This document shows positions 27,428 to 36,764 of a stretch of DNA of 64,000 nt, piece after piece. Both the position numbers and the translations under genes were made by a program. Position 1 is the stretch's first letter. Every line of letters begins with the position of its first letter. The notes beneath the pieces were generated by a model. The model was not told the DNA's origin, searched no databases, and saw nothing but the letters and a program-made list of their open reading frames with translations. The stretch is taken from NCBI GenBank assembly GCA_040773245.1, contig JAXGWO010000014.1, positions 707 to 64,706 on the forward strand, written 5' to 3'. The stretch is from PVC group bacterium (GTDB taxonomy: Bacteria > Auribacterota > Erginobacteria > Erginobacterales > Erginobacteraceae).

Positions 27428-28245
27428 TCCGCGTTCCTCGCCTGTTCCCGCAGACTCTCCAGTTCCGACTTCATCAAAACCACCTGGGCGGAGACCGCGG
27501 AGTCGCCGGCCTTGTCCCCCAGGGTGGTCACCTCGCGCTGCATCTCCTGGAGGAGGAACTCCAGGGTCTTGCCGACCGGCTGGCCGGAGTCGAGGTACCC
27601 GGCGAACTGCTCCAGGTGTCCCTCGAGGCGGGAGAGCTCCTCCTCGACGTTGGCCGCCGCGGCAGCGGCGGATGAGTTCCGTCCCCGCTCCGGGGCCGCC
27701 CCCTCCCGGATCCTTTCGAGGATCCGGACCCGGGCGGTCTTGAAGGCGCCGGTGAAGACCTTCAGGTGGCGGTTGAGGTCGGCCCGCAACCGGGCGCCCT
27801 CCCGGGCCCGCATCCCGATCATCTTCTCCAGGGCCCGGTCGAGGCTGATCCCGAGCTGCTTCTTGAACTCGGCGGCCGAGGGCAAGCCGGTGACGGTCTC
27901 CAGCACCCCGGGGAGGTTGATCAGGACCTCGGGGCTGATCTCGGATTCGGCCCCGACCGACCGCCTCAGGCGGCCGAGGGCCTTCCAGTATCTCCGCGCC
28001 AGCGGTTCGTTGATCCGCACCCGGTAGCGGTCGGAGCCCTGCTGGAAGCCGACATAGACGTTAACCCGGCCCCGGGAGACCGACTCCGAGATCTTCTTGG
28101 CCAGCCAGCTCTCCAGCCGCCCGTACTCGTTGGGGAGCCGGACCTTGATGTCGAGGAAGCGGTGGTTGTAAGACTGCAGCTCGGTCTTGACGGTGAAGTC
28201 CTTGCCCCGGGCGCTGCCGGTGCCGTATCCGGTCATACTGAACAT
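27424..28245 (-). CDS. yicC: YicC/YloC family endoribonuclease
   Basis: SMTGYG, NHRFLD, RGRV, EEELSRL, GKTLEFLLQEMQRE, LREQARNAE; upstream of gmk. Confidence 0.9.
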   Translation of the reverse strand: MFSMTGYGTGSARGKDFTVKTELQSYNHRFLDIKVRLPNEYGRLESWLAKKISESVSRGRVNVYVGFQQGSDRYRVRINEPLARRYWKALGRLRRSVGAESEISPEVLINLPGVLETVTGLPSAAEFKKQLGISLDRALEKMIGMRAREGARLRADLNRHLKVFTGAFKTARVRILERIREGAAPERGRNSSAAAAAANVEEELSRLEGHLEQFAGYLDSGQPVGKTLEFLLQEMQREVTTLGDKAGDSAVSAQVVLMKSELESLREQARNAE

Positions 28246-28313
28246 AACAGTTCCCCTGGTTGGTTGAATGCCGGCCGGGTGATAATAGCAAAATCCCGGC
28301 GGCTGTCCAGCGA

Positions 28314-29273
28314 TTATGGCCCGGTCCCCTCCCCCGCCCGGAGACTAACGAGGACGGATTCCATATCCTCAGGCAGCGGGGCGGTCCACTCCATCGGATC
28401 GCCGGTAACCGGGTGAGTGATCTTCAGGCGAAGGGCGTGGAGCATCTGCCGGGGGACGGAGGGAGGCTCCCCCCTCCGCTTTCCCCCGTAGACCGGGTCG
28501 CCGAGGACCGGGCAGCCGAGCCGGGCCAGGTGGACCCGGATCTGGTGGGTCCGCCCGGTGAGGATCTTCAGCCGGAGGAGCGAGACGCCGGGGAACTCCT
28601 CCTCCAGCCGGTAGAGGGTCCGGGCGGGGCGGCCGGAACCGGCCCGGACCGCCATCCTGGTCCGCCGGGTCGGGGAACGACCGATCGGAAACGCGCACTC
28701 CCCCGCCTCCCCCGGCGGCCGACCCCGGACCAGGGCCAGGTACTCCTTCTCGACCGTCCGGGCGCGAAACTGCCGCCCCAGATCTTCCCAGGCCTGTTCG
28801 GTCCGGGCGCAGACCAACACCCCGGAGGTGTCCCGGTCGAGCCGGTGGACGATCCCCGGGCGGAGGGGAGAGCCGGTCTCGGGAAGGGTCCCGAGATGGC
28901 GAATGAGCGCATTGACCAGGGTCCCCCCCTGCCCCGGGCGGAGCGGGTGGACCAGAAGACCGGGGGGCTTGTCGATCACCGCGATGGAGTCGTCAAGGTA
29001 GAGAAAGTCCAGGGGGATCGGCTCCGGACGGGGGGCGACCTCCTCCGGGGCCGGGAGTTCGACCGCGACGGTATCCCCGACGGCCAGCTTATGGCCGGGC
29101 TTGGAAACCTTTCCCGCCACCCGGACCCCCCCCTCCACGACCAGCCGTTTGATCCGGGACCGGGAGAGACCCTCGAGCCTTCCGGCGAGGAAGAGGTCGA
29201 GCCGGGTCCCGGCCGCCTCCGGTTCGACCGGAAACTCGAATCTTTTCTCCGCGCTGTCCGGTTCGGGGGTCAT
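28314..29273 (-). CDS. rluD: RluA-family pseudouridine synthase (RluD-like)
   Basis: RLDLFL S4 domain, IDKPPGLLVHP, GIVHRLDRDTSG, GRTHQIRVH, RQMLHA. Confidence 0.9.
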   Translation of the reverse strand: MTPEPDSAEKRFEFPVEPEAAGTRLDLFLAGRLEGLSRSRIKRLVVEGGVRVAGKVSKPGHKLAVGDTVAVELPAPEEVAPRPEPIPLDFLYLDDSIAVIDKPPGLLVHPLRPGQGGTLVNALIRHLGTLPETGSPLRPGIVHRLDRDTSGVLVCARTEQAWEDLGRQFRARTVEKEYLALVRGRPPGEAGECAFPIGRSPTRRTRMAVRAGSGRPARTLYRLEEEFPGVSLLRLKILTGRTHQIRVHLARLGCPVLGDPVYGGKRRGEPPSVPRQMLHALRLKITHPVTGDPMEWTAPLPEDMESVLVSLRAGEGTGP

Positions 29274-29274
29274 C

Positions 29275-30492
29275 TCAGTCGCATAGTTTATCCGTGGTGG
29301 CGGCCAGCCGGGAGGCGAGAGTCTTGAGGAGGTGGGCGGCGAACTCCGGGTTCTCGCCGAGGATGGCCTGGAAGTTCTTCCGGGAGATCACCGCCGCCTC
29401 CACTTCCGGGGACTCCGCCTCCACCGTGGCCGTCCGCTTCTCCTCCAGGAGCATCGCCATCTCCCCGAAGTGATCCCCGGGGCCGAGCTTCCCCACCTCC
29501 CTGCCGTCCTTGACCACCCGGACCGTCCCCGCCGAGAGGTAGAACATCTCCTCCCCCGTCTCCCCCTCGCGGCAGATCGCCTCCCCCTCGGTGTAGCGCC
29601 TCAGGAACCGCTCGAGCAGGGTCCTCCCCACCGGCTGGCCTTTCCGCGAGGCGATGAAGAGCCGCCTCAGGAGAAGGGCTTCCCTCCGGCCGGCGTTGGC
29701 CGCCACCTCGGCCCCGAAGAGGACGGCCAGGAAGGCGTAGTAGATCCAGACCGTGACCAGGAAGATCGCCTTCAGGGAGCCAAAGGCGTAGCCATAGTTG
29801 GGGTTGAAGCGGAGGAAGAGGGTGAAGGCCGGGCGGGTGAGGAAGACGAGCAGGGTGGTGGCGGCGGCGCCGGAGAGACGCGAGCTCCAGGGGACCCGGG
29901 CCGGGCAGAAGACCAGGAAGAAGAAGGAGACGAAGAGGACGCCGGCCCCGGCGGAGAGGAGGAACCGGAAGAGCTGGCCGATCAGCGTCGCCTCCCCCGC
30001 CCCGGAACGGGGGAGACCGAAGACCGCCCGGCCGCCGACCAGGAGGAGGAAGAGCGAGAGGAGGGCAATCACGGTGAGGAGGTTGATCAGCTTGGCGAGG
30101 AGGAAGTTCTTCCTCCGGTCGCGCTTGAAGATCCGCTCGAAGGTGGAGCGCAACGCCGAGGCGAAGGGAGTCGCCACCCAGAGGAGGGCGGCCAGGCTGA
30201 CCAGCCCCCACCCCCGCTGCTGGGAGAGGGTGGCGATCTCGTTCAAAATCACCTCGTTGAAGCGGGGGAGCACCTGCTCGGTGAGGAGGGCGATCTCCTC
30301 CAGGGCCGTCTCCGAGGAGGCGGTCAGCCGGCTCAGCAGGATCAGCACCGCCAGCAGGAGCGGGATCAGGGCGAAGAATCCGTAGTAGGCGAGGGCGGCC
30401 GCCGACTGGAGATCGCGGTTGGCCGAGAACGAACGGACCGACTCCCCCAGGACCAGGAAGGCGAAAGCGAGTTTTCCCCGGAGTTTTTTCAA
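29275..30492 (-). CDS. YihY/BrkB family membrane protein fused to a cyclic-nucleotide-binding domain
   Basis: SAAALAYYGFFALIPLL, YGYAFGSL, WIYYAFLAVLFGAE; then ICREGETG, FGEMAMLLEEKRTATV. TTG start at 30492. Confidence 0.85.
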   Translation of the reverse strand: MKKLRGKLAFAFLVLGESVRSFSANRDLQSAAALAYYGFFALIPLLLAVLILLSRLTASSETALEEIALLTEQVLPRFNEVILNEIATLSQQRGWGLVSLAALLWVATPFASALRSTFERIFKRDRRKNFLLAKLINLLTVIALLSLFLLLVGGRAVFGLPRSGAGEATLIGQLFRFLLSAGAGVLFVSFFFLVFCPARVPWSSRLSGAAATTLLVFLTRPAFTLFLRFNPNYGYAFGSLKAIFLVTVWIYYAFLAVLFGAEVAANAGRREALLLRRLFIASRKGQPVGRTLLERFLRRYTEGEAICREGETGEEMFYLSAGTVRVVKDGREVGKLGPGDHFGEMAMLLEEKRTATVEAESPEVEAAVISRKNFQAILGENPEFAAHLLKTLASRLAATTDKLCD

Positions 30493-30503
30493 CCCTTGAG
30501 AGA

Positions 30504-30998
30504 CTACTCGACGGCGGCGGGGGCGTCTTTCCGGCCCGAGGGCTGGCCCGATTTCCCGAAGAGGATGGCGATGAGGAGGAGGGCGACCCCGACGCAGATG
30601 GCGCTGTCGGCGACGTTGAAGGCGGGCCAGTGGTAGCTGCCGAACTGGAAGTCGAAGAAATCGACCACGTTCTTGAAGCGGAAACGGTCGATCAGGTTTC
30701 CGACCGCTCCGCCGAGGATCAGCCCGGCGGCGACCCGGGAAAGCCGCCCGGCGGCAAAGAGGGTCTTGAAGAAGATCAGGAGGACCGCCACCGTCAGGAG
30801 GGAAAGGAGGATGAAGAGGTGGTTGAAGCGGGGGAGGATCCCGAAGGCCGCCCCCGGGTTGTAAACCAGGGTGAGGGCGAAGAAGTCCCGGATGACCACG
30901 ATCTGCCGGGCCGGCTCGGCCGAGAGGATCTCGATCATCGCCCACTTGCTGACCTGGTCGGCGGCGATGATGACTAGGGCTGTGACCGCCGTCAGCAT
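30504..30998 (-). CDS. lspA: Lipoprotein signal peptidase II
   Basis: DQVSK, NPGAAFG, GAVGNLIDR, VVDFF, WPAFNVADSAI. Confidence 0.95.
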   Translation of the reverse strand: MLTAVTALVIIAADQVSKWAMIEILSAEPARQIVVIRDFFALTLVYNPGAAFGILPRFNHLFILLSLLTVAVLLIFFKTLFAAGRLSRVAAGLILGGAVGNLIDRFRFKNVVDFFDFQFGSYHWPAFNVADSAICVGVALLLIAILFGKSGQPSGRKDAPAAVE

Positions 30999-33817
30999 CA
31001 CGACATCTGCCGGCGGCACTCGGCGCAGACCGCCGGGTGCTCGGTCCATTCGCCGACGGTGGGGGAATACTTCCAGCAGCGGCCGCACTTCTCCCCTTCC
31101 GCCCGGCCGGCCCGGAGCCGGATCGATTCCAGGGCGGTGGGCCGGCTCCCGGGGCTGAAGTTCTCGACCCGGAGCAGCTTCACGCCGGAGACGATAAAGA
31201 TCTTCGGCAATACTTCCCGGTAGTCCTCGAGCAGCCCCGACCACTCCGGATCGGAGACCTCGACCGTGATCTCCGCCTCCAGGGAGGTCCCGATCTTCCC
31301 CTCGGTCCGGATCTCCTCGAGCAGCTTGAGGACCTCGGCCCTCAGCAGGAGCAGCTTTGCCCAGCGCCCGGCCAGCTCGCCGTCCCGCCACTCCGGCCGG
31401 GGTTCGGGCCAGTCGGCCAGGTGGACGCTCCCGGGGAGATCGGCCCGGGAGGCGAGGTGACCCCAGACCTCCTCGGAGGTGAAGACCAGGACCGGGGCCA
31501 GAAGCCGGGCGAGGAGCAAGGTGATCTCCCAGAGCGCGGTCTGGGTGGACCTCCGCTCGCGGCCTCCGGGGGCGTAGGTGTAAAGCCGGTCCTTGAGGAC
31601 GTCCATATAGAAGGAGGACATCTCGATCACGCAGAAGTTGTGAATCTCCCGGTAAACCCGGTGGAACTCGAATTTTTGATAGGCCTCGGTTACCCGGCCG
31701 GCCAGCTCGGCGGCCTGATGGAGGACCCAGCGGTCGATCTCGTCCATCTCTCCCGGGGGGACCCGGTCGGCGGCGGGGTCGAAGTCGTAGAGGTTGCCGA
31801 GGCAGTACTTGAAGGTGTTGCGGATCTTCCGGTAGGACTCGGAGATCTTCCGGATCAGGTCGAGGGAGACCGAGATGTCCTTCCGGTAGTCGATGGAGGC
31901 GAACCAGAGGCGGAGGATGTCGGCCGGGAACTTCTCCAGGGCGCCGGCGACGGAGATGAAGTTGCCCCGGGACTTCGACATCTTCTCCCCCTTGGAATCG
32001 ACGACAAAACCGTGGGTGAGGACCGTCTTGAAGGGGGCTTGGTCGGTGGTGGCCGCGGCCAGGAGCAGCGAGAGCTGGAACCAGCCCCGGTGCTGGTCAG
32101 TCCCCTCCAGGTAGAGGTCGGCGGGGTAGGCCAGCCCGGGGTGCTCCATCACCACCGCCCGGTGGGAGGAACCCGACTCGAACCAGACGTCGAAGATGTC
32201 GTTCTCCTTGCTGAACTCGGTCTTCCCGCAGCCTCCGCAGGCGGTCCCCTCCGGGAGGAGTTCTTCCGGGGGAAGCTCGAACCAGCAGTCGGATCCCTGC
32301 TCCCGAAAGAGTTCGATCACCCGGCCGATTACCCCGGGGTCGAGGAGTTCCCGCCCGCAGGAGCGGCAGTAGAAGGCGGGGATGGGGACGCCCCAGGTCC
32401 GCTGCCGGGAGATACACCAGTCCGGGCGGCCCTCCAGCATCCCCCGGATCCGGGTCTTCCCCCAGTCGGGGACCCACTCCACCCGCTCGACTTCGTCGAG
32501 AAGCTTTTGCCTCAGGCCGCGGTTGGCCAGGGAGACGAACCACTGCCGGGTGGCCCGGAAGATCACGGGCTGGCGGCAGCGCCAGCAGTGGGGGTAGGAG
32601 TGGGCGATCTCCCCCCGGGCGAGGAGAAGGCCGCGCTCGGATAAATTCTCCACGATCCGGGGGTTGGCCGCCAGGACGTGGAGGCCCTTCAGGGCGGGAA
32701 CCTCGGCGGTGAACTCCCCCCGTTCGTCAACCGGGCTGGCGGTCTCCAGGTTGAACTTCCGCCCCGAGAGGTAGTCCTCCTGGCCGTGGCCGGGGGCGGT
32801 GTGGACGCACCCGGTCCCCTCCTCCAGGTTGACATAGTCGGCCGGGATCACCGGGCACTGGCGCTCCTCCCAGGGGTGGCGGTAGAGCAGCCCCTCCAGC
32901 CTCGTCCCCTTCACCTTCCCCCGGATTTGTCGGGAGGCGATCCCGGCTTCCTTAAAGACCCGCTCGACCGCCTCGGCGGCCAGGATCACCCGCCGCTCCT
33001 CGTTGCTGGCGGGGTCGGGGAAGCTGACCAGGACGTAGTCGAAGAGCGGGTTGACCGCCACCGCCCGGTTGGCGGGGAGGGTCCAGGGGGTGGTGGTCCA
33101 GACCAGGATCGAGACCGGGGCTACCCCCGCGCCGGGGAAGAGATCGGGGGGGAGCGAGACCAGGGGGAAGCGGACGTAGATCGAGGTATCCTTCCGGTCC
33201 CGGTACTCCAGTTCCGCCTCGGCCAGGGCGGTCCGGCAGGAACCGCACCAGTGGATGGGTTTCAGCTCCCGGTAGACGTAACCCCGCTCCACCATCTCCT
33301 GGAAGACCTCGAGGACCGCCGCCTCGTAGGCGGGGTTGATGGTCAGGTAGGGGTTCTCCCAGTCGCCCGAACAGCCCAGCCGCTTGAACTCCTTCCGGTT
33401 GGAACCTACGTAGTTAAGGGCGAACTTCCGGCAGCGCTTCCGGATTTCCGCCGGGGACATCTTCTCCGCCTCCTCCCCCAGCTCGGTCATCACCTTGTGC
33501 TCGATCGGAAGTCCGTGGCAGTCCCAACCGGGGATGTAGGGGGCGTCGCAGCCGCTCATCGTCCGGAAACGGACGATGATGTCCTTGAGGATCTTGTTCA
33601 TCCCGGTCCCGATGTGGAGATCGCCGGTCGGGTAGGGAGGACCGTCGTGAAGGGTGTAGTTCTCCCTCCCCTGCCGCGCGGAGCGGATCTTTCCGTAGAG
33701 GCCGGTCTCCTCCCAGCGGGCGAGGAACTCCGGCTCCTTCCGGGCCAGATCGGCCTTCATCCCGAAGGGGGTCTGCGGGAGGTTGAGGGTATCCTTGTAG
33801 TCGTGCTGATCGCTCAT
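30998..33817 (-). CDS. ileS: Isoleucine--tRNA ligase (type 1, C-terminal Zn finger)
   Basis: YKDTLNLP, HDGPPY, GWDCHGLPIE, WTTTPWTLP, WCISRQR, EGTDQHRGWF, KMSKS, CGRCW. Confidence 0.97.
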   Translation of the reverse strand: MSDQHDYKDTLNLPQTPFGMKADLARKEPEFLARWEETGLYGKIRSARQGRENYTLHDGPPYPTGDLHIGTGMNKILKDIIVRFRTMSGCDAPYIPGWDCHGLPIEHKVMTELGEEAEKMSPAEIRKRCRKFALNYVGSNRKEFKRLGCSGDWENPYLTINPAYEAAVLEVFQEMVERGYVYRELKPIHWCGSCRTALAEAELEYRDRKDTSIYVRFPLVSLPPDLFPGAGVAPVSILVWTTTPWTLPANRAVAVNPLFDYVLVSFPDPASNEERRVILAAEAVERVFKEAGIASRQIRGKVKGTRLEGLLYRHPWEERQCPVIPADYVNLEEGTGCVHTAPGHGQEDYLSGRKFNLETASPVDERGEFTAEVPALKGLHVLAANPRIVENLSERGLLLARGEIAHSYPHCWRCRQPVIFRATRQWFVSLANRGLRQKLLDEVERVEWVPDWGKTRIRGMLEGRPDWCISRQRTWGVPIPAFYCRSCGRELLDPGVIGRVIELFREQGSDCWFELPPEELLPEGTACGGCGKTEFSKENDIFDVWFESGSSHRAVVMEHPGLAYPADLYLEGTDQHRGWFQLSLLLAAATTDQAPFKTVLTHGFVVDSKGEKMSKSRGNFISVAGALEKFPADILRLWFASIDYRKDISVSLDLIRKISESYRKIRNTFKYCLGNLYDFDPAADRVPPGEMDEIDRWVLHQAAELAGRVTEAYQKFEFHRVYREIHNFCVIEMSSFYMDVLKDRLYTYAPGGRERRSTQTALWEITLLLARLLAPVLVFTSEEVWGHLASRADLPGSVHLADWPEPRPEWRDGELAGRWAKLLLLRAEVLKLLEEIRTEGKIGTSLEAEITVEVSDPEWSGLLEDYREVLPKIFIVSGVKLLRVENFSPGSRPTALESIRLRAGRAEGEKCGRCWKYSPTVGEWTEHPAVCAECRRQMS

Positions 33818-33859
33818 CTCGATTATCCGGTTAGGGAAGTTCAACGGCTAAGAGGGCGG

Positions 33860-33889
33860 ATAGTAGCAGAGGGGCAACGGCGCCGTCAA
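33860..33889 (-). promoter_or_regulatory. Putative sigma70 promoter for ileS
   Basis: Minus strand TTGACG-N18-TACTAT with TG at the extended -10 position. Confidence 0.55.
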
Positions 33890-33960
33890 ATCAAAGTTGG
33901 GCGGAGGAACTCCCTTAACCCGGAATAGATAAGGTGATACAATCGCCCCGGACAACGCCG

Positions 33961-35325
33961 ATGAAAGCCCTCCTGGTCAACCCCTGGATCTGCGACTTCG
34001 CGGCCTACGACCTATGGCTGAGGCCCTTCGGGCTGCTCCGGGTCGGGGCGGTTTTGCGGAAGTGGGGCTGGTCGGTGGACCTCCTCGACTGCCTCGATCG
34101 GTTCGACCCCGAGCTTCCTGCTTATGCCTCCCGGAAGCTCCCCCGGAGCAACACCTTCGGCCGGGGGAAGTTCTACCAGGTCCCGGCGGAGAAGCCGGAG
34201 GCGGTCGCCTCCGTGGACCGCCCCTACTTCCGCTACGGGCTTCCCCGGGAACTGGTCATCAAGCGGCTGGCGGAGAAGGAGAAGCCGGACCTGGTCCTGG
34301 CCGGGACGACAATGACCTACTGGTATCCCGGGTACTTCCAGACCCGGGAACTCTTAAAAGAGGCCTTCCCCGGCGTCCCGGTTATCCTGGGAGGGCTTTA
34401 CCCCCAGCTCTGCCCGGACCACGCCCGGGATCAATCGAAAGCCGACGCGATCGCGGTCCGGGGCGGATGGGAGGAGCTGGCCGATCTGCTCGCCGGGCGG
34501 GGATTCCCCCGGCCCGGTCAACCCGGGACGGAGATTCTCCCGGCCTACGACCTGCTGAGGAACCGTTCGGCCCTGGCAGTCCGGACGGGACTGGGCTGCC
34601 CCCACTCCTGTTCCTACTGCGCGGCCGCGCTCCTGGAGCCGGAACTCCGGCGGCGGGAACCGCCGGCCGTGGCGACGGAGATTATTGGCTACCGGGAACG
34701 CTATGGGACAACCGACATCGCCTTCTACGACAACGCCCTCCTCTATGACTCCCCCCGCCACCTCGATCGTATCCTTGCTCTCCTGATCCGGGATGGCGGG
34801 GGCTGGAGATTCCATACGCCCAACGGTCTCCACGCCCGCTTCCTGACTCGCCGGACCGCGGAGCTGATGAAGGAGGCCGGGTTTGTCCAGCCCCGGCTCA
34901 GTTTGGAATCGGCAGGCGAGGATCACCAGAAGAGAACCGGCGGGAAGGTGGCCAACCGGGATTTGATCCGGGCGCTGGAGCACCTGGCAGAAGCCGGCTA
35001 CCGCCGGGGGGATGTCATCGTCTACCTGATGATCGGGCTTCCCGGGCAGATCCCGGAAGAGGCGAAGCGGGATATCCGGTTCGTCCACTCCCTGGGGGCC
35101 GCCGTCTCCCTGGCCGCCTTCTCCCCCATCCCGGGGACCCCCGACTACCTTGCCCTGGTCAAGAAAGGGGTGATCCCGGGAGACCTCGATCCGCTCTGGC
35201 AGAACAACACCATCTTCTCCTCCCGGCAGGGGGTATTCACGCTGGAGGTGATCCGCGGGCTGCGGGGATTGGCCGGGGATCTGAACCGGGAGTTGCGGGG
35301 CACCATAACCGATGGTAAGCTATGA
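33961..35325 (+). CDS. B12-binding-domain radical SAM protein
   Basis: NPWICDFAAYDLW, MTYWYPG, LGGLYP, GCPHSCSYC, FYDNALL, TPNGLH. Confidence 0.88.
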   Translation: MKALLVNPWICDFAAYDLWLRPFGLLRVGAVLRKWGWSVDLLDCLDRFDPELPAYASRKLPRSNTFGRGKFYQVPAEKPEAVASVDRPYFRYGLPRELVIKRLAEKEKPDLVLAGTTMTYWYPGYFQTRELLKEAFPGVPVILGGLYPQLCPDHARDQSKADAIAVRGGWEELADLLAGRGFPRPGQPGTEILPAYDLLRNRSALAVRTGLGCPHSCSYCAAALLEPELRRREPPAVATEIIGYRERYGTTDIAFYDNALLYDSPRHLDRILALLIRDGGGWRFHTPNGLHARFLTRRTAELMKEAGFVQPRLSLESAGEDHQKRTGGKVANRDLIRALEHLAEAGYRRGDVIVYLMIGLPGQIPEEAKRDIRFVHSLGAAVSLAAFSPIPGTPDYLALVKKGVIPGDLDPLWQNNTIFSSRQGVFTLEVIRGLRGLAGDLNRELRGTITDGKL

Positions 35326-35380
35326 CTTAGCAAGACCTAACAGGCAAAGGACATAAAGGGCTTAAAGGACCTAAAGGATA
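35322..35380. repeat. 9-mer tandem array (GGACnTAAA-type)
   Basis: ...ggcaaa ggacataaa gggcttaaa ggacctaaa ggata, directly after the radical SAM stop. Confidence 0.7.
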
Positions 35381-35405
35381 CCGGGGCGAACAGGACTTTG
35401 CGGGG

Positions 35406-35606
35406 ATGAACAGGGGAAGAATAATCCGGTCGATATTGATAGCGGGAGCACTCTTTCTGGCGGCGGGGTGCGGGGAGGCGCCGCGGACGGGTCCGGAGGC
35501 GGAACTCCGGGCCACGCCCGGCACCGCGGAAGAGACGTTGAGCCGTTACCGGGAGCGAGGGATCGAACCTCGGAAAGCCAGGTTCTCCCGGGAGTGGGAG
35601 GAGTAA
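35406..35606 (+). CDS. Small lipoprotein (66 aa)
   Basis: MNRGRIIRSILIAGALFLAAG-C lipobox; ends PRKARFSREWEE. Confidence 0.65.
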   Translation: MNRGRIIRSILIAGALFLAAGCGEAPRTGPEAELRATPGTAEETLSRYRERGIEPRKARFSREWEE

Positions 35607-35608
35607 AC

Positions 35609-36589
35609 GTGAAGACCGAGCGGAAAGTCCAGTGCGGCCTCTGCCCCCGGCGCTGCGTCCTGGCGCCGGGGCAGCGGGGGGACTGCCGGGCCCGGGAGAA
35701 CCTGAACGGCGAACTGGTCACCCTGGTTTACGGCAACCCCTGCGCGGTCCACATCGACCCGGTGGAGAAGAAGCCGCTCTCCCACGTCCTGCCCGGGACC
35801 AGGACCTTCTCGATCGCCACCGCCGGCTGCAACCTCCACTGCCGGTTCTGCCAGAACTGGCAGATCTCCCAGCGTCCGCCGGAAGAGACCGACAACTACA
35901 GCCTCCCCCCGGCGGCGGTGGTGGAAGAGGCCGTCCGCCACGACTGCCCCTCGATCTCCTACACCTACACCGATCCGATGGTCTTCTACGAGTACACCTA
36001 CGATACCTCGGTCCTGGCCCGGCAACGCGGCCTGAAGAACATCCTGGTCACCGCCGGTTACATCAACGAGCAGCCGCTGCGGGAACTCTGCCCGGTGGTC
36101 GACGCGGCCAACGTCGACCTGAAGGGCGACGAGGAGTACTACCGGAAGGTGGTCGGGGGAACCCTGGGCCCGGTGCTGAGGACCCTGGAGGTGATGCGCG
36201 AGATGGGGGTCTGGCTGGAGATCACCAACCTGATCGTCCCCACCCTCAACGACCGGCCGGACCGGATCGAGTGGCTGGCCGGCTGGGTTTACGACCACCT
36301 CGGCCAGGATACGCCGCTCTACTTCTCCCGATTCCAGCCCCTTTACCAGCTCCGCAACCTCCCCCCCACCCCGGTGGAGACCCTGCGGAGGGCGAGGGAG
36401 ATCGCCCTCGGGAAAGGGCTGCGCTACGTCTATACCGGGAACATCCCCGGCGACCCGGGGGAGAATACCATCTGCCCCAACTGTAAAAAGACGGTAATCG
36501 GAAGGACCGGATACCTGGTCCGGGAGAACCACCTGAAAGACGAGAAGTGCGGATCCTGCGGCCAGGCGATCGCAGGTTTGTGGAAGTGA
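35609..36589 (+). CDS. AmmeMemoRadiSam-system radical SAM enzyme
   Basis: CGLCPRRC, DPVEKKPL, GCNLHCRFCQNWQIS, YTYTDP, NVDLKG, EITNLIVP, YVYTGN, CPNC; GTG 35609 after GGAGGAG. Confidence 0.9.
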   Translation: MKTERKVQCGLCPRRCVLAPGQRGDCRARENLNGELVTLVYGNPCAVHIDPVEKKPLSHVLPGTRTFSIATAGCNLHCRFCQNWQISQRPPEETDNYSLPPAAVVEEAVRHDCPSISYTYTDPMVFYEYTYDTSVLARQRGLKNILVTAGYINEQPLRELCPVVDAANVDLKGDEEYYRKVVGGTLGPVLRTLEVMREMGVWLEITNLIVPTLNDRPDRIEWLAGWVYDHLGQDTPLYFSRFQPLYQLRNLPPTPVETLRRAREIALGKGLRYVYTGNIPGDPGENTICPNCKKTVIGRTGYLVRENHLKDEKCGSCGQAIAGLWK

Positions 36590-36599
36590 GCAACCAAGG

Positions 36600-36764
36600 A
36601 TGAAAACTGAAGAGAAGATCAGCCGGAGGCAGTTCCTCAAGCGGGGGCTCGGCTGGGGGCTGGTGGCGGGGCTTCTGCCCTTCTGGTCCCGGGCGCAGAG
36701 GAAGCCGAACGAGGATAATGTCCGGCCGGCGAAGGCGCGGCACTGGCGGGAACTGGCCGGTTAA
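36600..36764 (+). CDS. Small Tat-signal peptide (54 aa)
   Basis: Below the track cut-off. MKTEEKISRRQFLKRGLGWGLVAGLLPFWSRAQRKPNEDNVRPAKARHWRELAG*; S-R-R-x-F-L-K consensus; AAGG before ATG. Confidence 0.75.
   Translation: MKTEEKISRRQFLKRGLGWGLVAGLLPFWSRAQRKPNEDNVRPAKARHWRELAG

Noticed and set aside
33818-33960. T-box leader for ileS
   Set aside because: The promoter is about 40 nt from the start, leaving no room, and no T-box sequence is present.
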